DNA from: an uncultured Mycoplasmatota bacterium
GTDB taxonomy: Bacteria; Bacillota_I; Bacilli_A; RF39; UBA660
Length of the DNA: 64,000 nt
Assembly: GCA_900543825.1 (NCBI GenBank)
Contig: UQSR01000005.1
Location: 11,122 to 75,121, forward strand
Direction: 5' to 3'
Part shown: one piece after another, positions 47,436-54,948 of the stretch
Layout of the letters: the number at the start of each line of letters is the position of its first letter
Position numbering within the stretch: position 1 is the stretch's first letter
Made by a program: the position numbers and the translations under genes
The notes under the pieces: generated by a model
Seen by the model: the letters and a program-made list of their open reading frames with translations, nothing else
What the model was told of the DNA's origin: nothing
The model's database searches: none

Positions 47436-48770
47436 TTATTCCTCTATAATGGCGGTTTTTTTATAAAAGAAATACATTCCAACTCCAAAAGAAATAACTA
47501 AAATCATACATATAACAACATATATAGTATTTCCTGTTTCAGGTGGCATAACATCATTATCCTTATTTTTTTCACCTACAGGTGCATTACCTTCAGCATC
47601 TTTTCTAACTATTTTAAAAGTATAAATCCGATCTTTCTCATTATCAGCCTTCACTATAACTTTCAAAATATTTTCCCCAACATTAATATTTGCAAAAGGA
47701 GTTGCATTATAAACTAAACGACCTGTTTTATCAGTTTTCCAAATAAGTTCACCATCTAAGTAGCCATCATGTCCCCCAAGTTCATTATCCTTTACTTTAA
47801 TATTATTGTTTTCCTCCATTGCTTTCAAAATATCAACATCATTAAAAAGCATGACCATTTTCATATCATTATCCAAATCACCACTAACAGCGGAATCAAT
47901 TAAACAAAGATAATCATCTCTATCAGCATTATCTGAACACTCAGCAAATTTAGTAACTTTATTATCAACAATAATTAAATAATCAGTCTTATTCTTATCA
48001 AAACCATAATCATAACCTAAGAAAACAAACTTTGTTAAATAGTTGTCCCCTTTTCCAGTAGGCTTTTCAACAACAGTTTCACCAGGTTTCTTAATATTAA
48101 TAATATAACTCTTAATCAAATTTCTATTTTCTGCTTTTACAGTAATTTTAAATGTATTAGTTCCAGGTTTTAGCGTCTTAATACCTGTACCAGTAACTTC
48201 TGCATCAGAATCATTAGGGGTTGCCTTAATCTCAACACTATTAAGAGATTCAGGAGCCTCAATATTGTATTCATTTTTAAATCTATCAAATTCAAAAGTT
48301 AAACCAGTAACTTCTAAATTTTTTAAACTATTATCAACAGACTGAACATAAACATTTTTACTAACATCTATACCTCTAACTTCTGTTCCATCACTTTTAG
48401 TAGCCACAATATCACTAATTGTAATAGTTTTATTTTTTTTAGGCTCATCATTAATACTAGACATAACAGTAATTTCACCAATTTTATTATTACCAGAAGA
48501 AATACCATTAATAGTTAATATTTGATCATCACCAATTTCAATAGTTTTTGAGTCATTACTAGTAAAACTACATTTTGAAGTACTACTATCAAGAACCTTC
48601 ATTTTAAGACTACTAACATCAAAGTCACTATTAACCATAAAACCACATTTAATAATTCCAGAAAATGTAATTTTCTCCGGACAAGACAAATCAATATTAA
48701 TAGTATCAGCACAAACAAATATAGGTATAAATAATACCATAGCAAATATATAATATATAATTTTTTTCAT
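47436..48770 (-). CDS. Surface protein with cadherin-like domain and C-terminal (S/P)PxTG-type sorting signal (PPETG)
   Basis: Signal peptide, cadherin-like segment (NSLKNLEVTGLTFEFDRFKNEYNIEAPESLNSVEIKATPNDSDAEV). C-terminus: PPETGN, then a hydrophobic segment, then YKKTAIIEE. Confidence 0.55.
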   Translation of the reverse strand: MKKIIYYIFAMVLFIPIFVCADTINIDLSCPEKITFSGIIKCGFMVNSDFDVSSLKMKVLDSSTSKCSFTSNDSKTIEIGDDQILTINGISSGNNKIGEITVMSSINDEPKKNKTITISDIVATKSDGTEVRGIDVSKNVYVQSVDNSLKNLEVTGLTFEFDRFKNEYNIEAPESLNSVEIKATPNDSDAEVTGTGIKTLKPGTNTFKITVKAENRNLIKSYIINIKKPGETVVEKPTGKGDNYLTKFVFLGYDYGFDKNKTDYLIIVDNKVTKFAECSDNADRDDYLCLIDSAVSGDLDNDMKMVMLFNDVDILKAMEENNNIKVKDNELGGHDGYLDGELIWKTDKTGRLVYNATPFANINVGENILKVIVKADNEKDRIYTFKIVRKDAEGNAPVGEKNKDNDVMPPETGNTIYVVICMILVISFGVGMYFFYKKTAIIEE

Positions 48771-48828
48771 TTTTTCCCTACTTTCTATACTATACTCATC
48801 ATAACATATAAAACAAATTTTAGCAATA

Positions 48829-48870
48829 AAAATTCAAAAAAGTAGAAGAATATTAATACTCTTCTACTTT
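48829..48870 (-). terminator. Rho-independent terminator of the 558-aa pilin / 153-aa partner unit
   Basis: 11-bp stem AAAGTAGAAGA-(10-nt loop)-TCTTCTACTTT overlapping the 153-aa gene stop; the minus strand continues with TTGAATTTTT. Confidence 0.55.
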
Positions 48871-49314
48871 AAAACTATATGCATTACTAATATCCCTATT
48901 AATCTGTGAAAAGAAATCCCTCTTCTTACCAAATTCCAACTCATAAATCTCAGTCTTAAAAGAATATATTTCCTTATTATCTTTATCAAATAATGTAATC
49001 TTTAATCTAAGATCTTTATTAGTATTAGAATTTAAATTCATAACATATCCATCAAATTCACTCCTATTAGAAGAACATATAACATACATATCAGTAAAAA
49101 CATAATTATCATATACATACTTTTCCATATTCATATTATCAAGTAAATTAATTTCTTTTGTAGTACCAATACTTTCAACATATTCAGTATGACAATCAGT
49201 ACAATCATTATCTTTTTTATTAATAAGTAATATCATACCAATTATCAAAACACTAATTATAATTAATAAAATTATTAATACCCTTTTCTTATTCACTAAT
49301 ATCACCTCTAACAA
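48853..49314 (-). CDS. Small bitopic membrane protein translationally coupled to the 558-aa modular pilin
   Basis: N-terminal TM (VLIILLIIISVLIIGMILLI), ~110-aa Cys-containing ectodomain; start overlaps the pilin stop by 7 nt. Confidence 0.45.
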   Translation of the reverse strand: MLEVILVNKKRVLIILLIIISVLIIGMILLINKKDNDCTDCHTEYVESIGTTKEINLLDNMNMEKYVYDNYVFTDMYVICSSNRSEFDGYVMNLNSNTNKDLRLKITLFDKDNKEIYSFKTEIYELEFGKKRDFFSQINRDISNAYSFKVEEY

Positions 49315-50984
49315 GAATTTTTAGTAGTTTCATCAAAACTATTATTATCACCACTAATATTTTGTAATGAACTTCTAGTAGTAATAGCACAATCATCATA
49401 TATCTTCCATCCATTAGGAATTCCATACGGATAGTCAGGACAAACAAATTTCTCACCAATCTTAGCAACATGACTATTATAATAATCTTTCGACATACCA
49501 CAAACACTACAATAAACAGCAAATCCATAATTATGATAATTGCCACAAGTAAACTGTGTTGATTGCCCTATAGCAAATTTTCTAATTCCCCTTGCTTTCC
49601 ATACATGCGTATGTTCTTGAGTTATACAATTTCTTAACGTATCCCTATCAACAGTTCCATATTCAGAGCTACCATCAAATTCCGTATAATTACAAGTAGT
49701 TTCACTACATGTAGTAATATAATATTTACCATTACTATTGCATCTATAATCATTAATAGAATCTATAAAGCAAGAACTATTATTTAAAGTTGTTCTATTT
49801 ATCTTTCCAACAGTATATTCAAAATAAGATTTATCGTTTTCCTTATATGCCACCGCAGTATATTCACACATATCATCAGGATCACAATAAGTAATAAAAT
49901 AAGAATAAATACCTTGACATCTCCAATCATTAATAGTTGCATCAATATTCTTCCAATTAACTTTAAGAGTTACAGTACAATCACCATTTGAAGCATCACA
50001 GAACTCACTAGCTTTATATGCCTTATCCTGATCAAAAGTTTTACCAACAGTACTACATCCACTACTAGAATCACATATCCAAGTCTCACTATCATATGCA
50101 AAATAACCATCTTTTGTAATATATAAATATTCAGGATTATTATAATTAGCAAGACCAGCACTATCTAAAGAGCCTCCATAATTTATAGTATGGAATACCT
50201 CACTATCATTCCAAGAACAATTAATAACATTATTACTAGTACTACAAGTACCATTAGTAGTACTACCCCTAACACTACCACCATTAGCATCAAGCTTAAT
50301 ATATACCTTATTAATCCTCCACTGAGCATATAAAGTCAAATCAGCATTACTATTATAAGAAGCACCAGCCTTATAAGTAGTTCCACTACCATCCTTTTTA
50401 GTATTCCAATTAACAAAAGTATAACCAGTTCTTGTAGGTTTACTACTAGATAAACTAATACTTTTATTTTCTATTTTACTCTGATCACCAGGAGCATTAC
50501 TACCACCATTAGCATTATAGCTAATAGTATATAAATTATTTTCTTCTGTTTCCTTATTAACACAAGCCTTATAATCATTACTATTAACATCAGCATTATC
50601 ACCCAATATAACAGGTTCACTCTTAACTAAAGAAACCTTATCCTTTTTAATAGAAATATAATTACTCTTATTAATATTATCCGGAAGTTTAGCATTCTTC
50701 TTAATAATACCCTTATTAATAAGTTCCTCAATAGTTATACAATAATATTTATAATTACCACTACCAGGATCAATCCATAAACTATCATCAGCTTCATCAG
50801 CATATAAACTAGCACTCTTCTTAATACTAGTTTCGCTAATTAAAGAACCCTTTTCTTTAGACTTATTAACCAAATTAACAATACCATAAGTACCAATACC
50901 AAGTATTATCGCTACAATAGCAATAACACCAAGTAACTCTATTAAAGTAAAACCCTTATTATTAATCCTTTTCATATATAACAC
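49308..50984 (-). CDS. Modular type IV pilin-like protein (prepilin N-terminal cleavage/methylation domain + Flg_new repeat + Cys-rich module), 558 aa
   Basis: Class-III leader MKRINNKGFTLIELLGVIAIVAIILGIGTYGIV (G|FTLIE), pilin-like head to ~aa 120. One Listeria-Bacteroides/Flg_new repeat (YTISYNANGG...GYTFVNWNTKKDGSGTTY...LTLYAQW), then a ~235-aa Cys-rich module shared with the 1124-aa paralogue. Confidence 0.7.
   Translation of the reverse strand: MLYMKRINNKGFTLIELLGVIAIVAIILGIGTYGIVNLVNKSKEKGSLISETSIKKSASLYADEADDSLWIDPGSGNYKYYCITIEELINKGIIKKNAKLPDNINKSNYISIKKDKVSLVKSEPVILGDNADVNSNDYKACVNKETEENNLYTISYNANGGSNAPGDQSKIENKSISLSSSKPTRTGYTFVNWNTKKDGSGTTYKAGASYNSNADLTLYAQWRINKVYIKLDANGGSVRGSTTNGTCSTSNNVINCSWNDSEVFHTINYGGSLDSAGLANYNNPEYLYITKDGYFAYDSETWICDSSSGCSTVGKTFDQDKAYKASEFCDASNGDCTVTLKVNWKNIDATINDWRCQGIYSYFITYCDPDDMCEYTAVAYKENDKSYFEYTVGKINRTTLNNSSCFIDSINDYRCNSNGKYYITTCSETTCNYTEFDGSSEYGTVDRDTLRNCITQEHTHVWKARGIRKFAIGQSTQFTCGNYHNYGFAVYCSVCGMSKDYYNSHVAKIGEKFVCPDYPYGIPNGWKIYDDCAITTRSSLQNISGDNNSFDETTKNSC
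49600..50320. repeat. ~0.7-kb direct repeat copy A (about 94% identical to 51930-52640) encoding the Cys-rich module
   Basis: The protein segments (R/K)xNKVYIKLDANGGSVRGSTT...TLKVNWK..I..TINDWRC...DRDTL are near-identical. Embedded antisense ORFs 49970..50161 and 52269..52460 differ at only ~6 of 63 codons. Boundaries approximate. Confidence 0.6.
50680..50984. repeat. ~0.3-kb direct repeat (near-identical to 54560-54870) encoding the shared pilin leader/head
   Basis: The first ~100 aa of the 558- and 1124-aa proteins are almost identical, including long identical nucleotide runs (e.g. acccttattaataagttcctcaatagttatacaataatatttataattaccactaccagg). Confidence 0.6.
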
Positions 50985-51070
50985 CTATCCTAAGACTAAT
51001 TATAATATATTTTAAAAAAAAAGAAAAGACCATTAACAAAATAAATGTTAATAGTCCTATATAATAAGTA

Positions 51071-51493
51071 TCATCCTAATGGTTTTTCAAAATAATATAC
51101 TGTACTGCTAAATTCCCCCGAATCCTCTTTTAAAAGCATCATATCATTTTCATAAGAAACCTTAAAAACCCCAGAAAAATAATCAGAATTATTAATAGTT
51201 AATATATCATCTTTTTTTGTATAATTATTGGTGTAACATTTATCATAACAAACATCTACTTTATCATCATAAAATGTAAGGGTAAAAGGAGCCATATCAT
51301 AAGGAATATCTATCTTATTACCATTATTATCATAAGTTTCATATTTTGTATAACTCCAAGTTTCATAGTTTTTATCATCTAATTTAGTTCCTTGTTTTTT
51401 AACAAAAACAAAAATCAATAAGCCAATCATTACCAATAAAATAATAAAAATACATAAATATAACACTTTAATTTTTTTATTCATATCAACCAT
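51071..51493 (-). CDS. Small bitopic membrane protein translationally coupled to the 1124-aa modular pilin
   Basis: N-terminal TM (VLYLCIFIILLVMIGLLIFVFV), ~105-aa ectodomain with 4 Cys; its start is 3 nt after the pilin stop. Confidence 0.45.
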   Translation of the reverse strand: MVDMNKKIKVLYLCIFIILLVMIGLLIFVFVKKQGTKLDDKNYETWSYTKYETYDNNGNKIDIPYDMAPFTLTFYDDKVDVCYDKCYTNNYTKKDDILTINNSDYFSGVFKVSYENDMMLLKEDSGEFSSTVYYFEKPLG

Positions 51494-51495
51494 TT

Positions 51496-54400
51496 CTAAT
51501 AAAATCCTCCAGTCTCAACAGAACCACTAGGGCAAGAACTACGACAGAAGTTACCTATGCAATCTCCTTTACCATTATAGCCTGCATAAGAACCACCTAA
51601 GGAACTAATCTTACTACGACACTGAGCATCAGAGCCAGCAGAAGTAATACATTTAACAATTTTTTTACAGCCACCACTTGTTCCGCCACCACTAGAGCCA
51701 ACGCAACTACTAGGTTTACTTGAAGACAAAGCACTTCCAACCGAGTAACATCCATCATTTGTTACATAATACCATCCGTTAGTAGCATTTACATTAACAG
51801 TTAAAGCAGCACCGCAACTATAGGCCACAGCAATACCATATGAAGTTCCAGCACCATAACGACAGTTTACTCCATTTGATGAAGTAACATACATTGTCTT
51901 AGTATCCGGAACACACTCTTTCAACGTATCTCTATCAACAATATAAAGATTATTAGGGTTCATAGTATTACCATTAAGTTCAGTATATATACATGTAGTT
52001 ACACTACATGTAGTAATTTTATATTTACCATTACTATTACATCTATAATCATCAATATTATCAACAAAACATGAACTAAGATTTAAATTATTCCTATTTA
52101 TCTTACCATAAACACGTTCCGAATAAGATGCACCATTTTCTTTATATGCTCTTGCTGTATATTCACACATATCATCAGAATCACAATAAGTAATAAAGTA
52201 AGAATATTTATCATGACATCTCCAATCATTAATAGTAGTATCAATTTTCTTCCAATTAACTTTAAGAGTTACAGTACAATCTCCACCTGAAGCATCACAG
52301 AACTCACTAGCCTTATATGCCTTATCCTGATCAAAAGTTTTACCAACAGTACTACATCCACTACTAGAATCACATATCCAAGCTTCACTAGCATATGCAA
52401 AATAACCATCTTTTGTAATATATAAATAATCAGGATTATTATAATTAGCAAGACCAGCACTATCTAAAGAATCACCATAATCAATAGTATGAAATAATTC
52501 TTTAGGACTATTCCAACTACAACCGATAAGATTATTATTAGTCCTACAACTACCATAAGTAGTACTACCCCTAACACTACCACCATTAGCATCAAGTTTA
52601 ATATATACTTTATTCTTTTTCCATCTAGCATATAATACAAGTTTATTTTCCGCTATACCGTATTGACCATCAGCATAGTTCCAAGTACCACTCCAACCTG
52701 TCCATCCATAGCCATCATCTGTTCCATTACTTTTTGTTGTCCAACCAGCAAATGTATAACCATCACGTGTAAAGCCATTATTCTTAATAGTAACATTAGT
52801 ACCAAATTCAGCATTATTACTTTCCATAGTACCAGTTCCACCATTTGCATTATAATTAATTCTATAAACTACACCCTTCCAACCAGCATATATCGTTTTA
52901 TTACCTTCCGTATTATATATATCTGAAGATATATACTGAGATATTCTTCTACCTTCCTTTAAACCATATTCAAAGTAATGTTTATATAAACGATTAGCAT
53001 CATAACCAAAAGCATTCTTTAAATCACTATAAGTGTCAGCATAATAATTAAGAGGACTATTTTTATAATTATTATCAAACCAACCTACAAAAGCATAACC
53101 ACGTTTACTAGGTGTACATAAAGTACCATATTCATCACCATAATTCATTGATTTACTAGTGCACCCACTACCACCATTATTATCATAAAGCAAAGTATAA
53201 TTCTTAGTTTTCCAATTAACACCAAGTACTACAGTACAACTCTTATCCTTTGCATCACAAAAATCATCAGAACTATATGCCTCATATTGGCTATATACTT
53301 TTCCACTAGTAGTACATCCGCTTAAACAAATCCATTCCTTATTCTTAGTAACAATAGCATCATTTCTAGTAATATATAAATAATCTTTATTATTATAATT
53401 AGCAAGCCCATTACTATTCATCTTTTCACCATAATTAATAGTATGGAAAATATTTTTGCCATTTCTACTAATAATACCAGAAGAATCAGTAGTATATGTC
53501 CCACCTTTTGAAGTTTCTTTAGTTACACTACCACCATTAGCATTAAGTTTAATATTAACTCTACTTTTAATAATAGGATAATAAGTATTACTACCATCAA
53601 TATCTTTAGAAGTATTTGCCTTCCATATACTACTACTAGCACTACTATCAGTATTCCAGCCTACTATTGTATAACCATCTTTACTAATACTAGGAGATTT
53701 AATACTACATTTCTTATCAATATCATTCAAACAAATATTAGTAATATCATTAGTACCATTATTAATCTTATCAGCATTACCCTTCTTAAATACTGTTCGG
53801 TACAAATTAAATTTCTTATCATTATCTTTATAATTACCAGTTTTATCCATTATTCTAGCAGTAATATCACCATTCTTAATTTCATTATCCTTATAAGTAA
53901 TCTTAACTTCATTTTCATTAACCTTATACCACTTATCTTTAGTAATATTACTAGTACTACCACTACAAGTAAATTTATTATCACTACCAAGCGTACATTC
54001 ACTAACATTCTTATCACTAGTACCATCGACATTAGACTTAAAATAATGCTTACCTTGATCACTCCTAATATTATCATCCTTATAAGTAATCGTAATAGTA
54101 TCATCCTTATAACTAAACGTAGGATCCACAAAATCAGCAAGAGGATAAGTTTTAGTTTCAGAGCAAACTTTAGATCCCTTCTCTGTAGACATACATACTC
54201 TAACATAATAATCATTATTATTTTTATCGTTTGTAAGATTAACTATATTACATACATTTTCATCTTTATCAATAGAAATTACATTTTCCCCATCTGCTAT
54301 AGAAGATGAACCATTTTTATACTGACACCATTTTTCCTTAATTGAACTTTCTGTTTCGGCATTTTTAAACTCTATAACAAAACCATCAGTATATGATTTA

Positions 54401-54870
54401 CCATCACCAAGTTCTGGACTTTTATTTATATCTTCATTATATTTATTACCAGTACACACTTGATAATCAGTACTATTAATATCAGCATTAGAACCCAATA
54501 TAATCGGATCATTTTTAACAAAAGTAACCTTATTTTTCTTAATCGAAACATAATTATATTTATCTATACCCTTAGGAAGTTTAGCATTCTTCTTAATAAT
54601 ACCCTTATTAATAAGTTCCTCAATAGTTATACAATAATATTTATAATTACCACTACCAGGATCAATCCATAAACTATCACCAGCTTCATCAGCATATAAA
54701 CTAGCACTCTCCTTAATACTAGTTTCACTAATTAAAGAACCCTTTTCTTTAGACTTATTAACTAAATTAACAATACCATAAGTACCAACACCAAGTATTA
54801 TCGCTGTAATAGCAATAATAGCCAGTAACTCTATCAAAGTAAAACCCTTATTATTGATTTTATTTTTCAT
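51496..54870 (-). CDS. Giant modular type IV pilin-like protein (prepilin N-terminal domain + several Flg_new repeats + two copies of the Cys-rich module + Gly/Ser/Cys-rich tail), 1124 aa
   Basis: Leader MKNKINNKGFTLIELLAIIAITAIILGVGTYGIV and head near-identical to the 558-aa paralogue; at least three Flg_new-type repeats (e.g. YRINYNANGGTGTM...GYTFAGWTTKSNGTDDGY...LVLYARW). Two copies of the (R/K)..IKL(D/N)ANGGSV...FHTI(N/D)YG...GLANYNN.DYLYIT module; C-terminal SSCVGSSGGGTSGGCKK... tail. Confidence 0.7.
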   Translation of the reverse strand: MKNKINNKGFTLIELLAIIAITAIILGVGTYGIVNLVNKSKEKGSLISETSIKESASLYADEAGDSLWIDPGSGNYKYYCITIEELINKGIIKKNAKLPKGIDKYNYVSIKKNKVTFVKNDPIILGSNADINSTDYQVCTGNKYNEDINKSPELGDGKSYTDGFVIEFKNAETESSIKEKWCQYKNGSSSIADGENVISIDKDENVCNIVNLTNDKNNNDYYVRVCMSTEKGSKVCSETKTYPLADFVDPTFSYKDDTITITYKDDNIRSDQGKHYFKSNVDGTSDKNVSECTLGSDNKFTCSGSTSNITKDKWYKVNENEVKITYKDNEIKNGDITARIMDKTGNYKDNDKKFNLYRTVFKKGNADKINNGTNDITNICLNDIDKKCSIKSPSISKDGYTIVGWNTDSSASSSIWKANTSKDIDGSNTYYPIIKSRVNIKLNANGGSVTKETSKGGTYTTDSSGIISRNGKNIFHTINYGEKMNSNGLANYNNKDYLYITRNDAIVTKNKEWICLSGCTTSGKVYSQYEAYSSDDFCDAKDKSCTVVLGVNWKTKNYTLLYDNNGGSGCTSKSMNYGDEYGTLCTPSKRGYAFVGWFDNNYKNSPLNYYADTYSDLKNAFGYDANRLYKHYFEYGLKEGRRISQYISSDIYNTEGNKTIYAGWKGVVYRINYNANGGTGTMESNNAEFGTNVTIKNNGFTRDGYTFAGWTTKSNGTDDGYGWTGWSGTWNYADGQYGIAENKLVLYARWKKNKVYIKLDANGGSVRGSTTYGSCRTNNNLIGCSWNSPKELFHTIDYGDSLDSAGLANYNNPDYLYITKDGYFAYASEAWICDSSSGCSTVGKTFDQDKAYKASEFCDASGGDCTVTLKVNWKKIDTTINDWRCHDKYSYFITYCDSDDMCEYTARAYKENGASYSERVYGKINRNNLNLSSCFVDNIDDYRCNSNGKYKITTCSVTTCIYTELNGNTMNPNNLYIVDRDTLKECVPDTKTMYVTSSNGVNCRYGAGTSYGIAVAYSCGAALTVNVNATNGWYYVTNDGCYSVGSALSSSKPSSCVGSSGGGTSGGCKKIVKCITSAGSDAQCRSKISSLGGSYAGYNGKGDCIGNFCRSSCPSGSVETGGFY
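51930..52640. repeat. ~0.7-kb direct repeat copy B (paralogue of 49600-50320)
   Basis: See copy A; boundaries approximate. Confidence 0.6.
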
Positions 54871-54948
54871 GACTTTTCACTTCCTATTTCCCTATCATCG
54901 TATATCATCTAAAACAATTATACAATAAAAAGAAAAAGAAAACAAGAG

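Noticed and set aside
49289-54672. Numerous short ORFs inside the pilin cassette (e.g. 49289..49546, 49970..50161, 52269..52460, 52653..52926, 53850..54215, 54046..54309, 54460..54672)
   Set aside because: All are antisense or out-of-frame within the two long pilin-like genes. 49970..50161 and 52269..52460 are near-identical only because they lie in the duplicated DNA.
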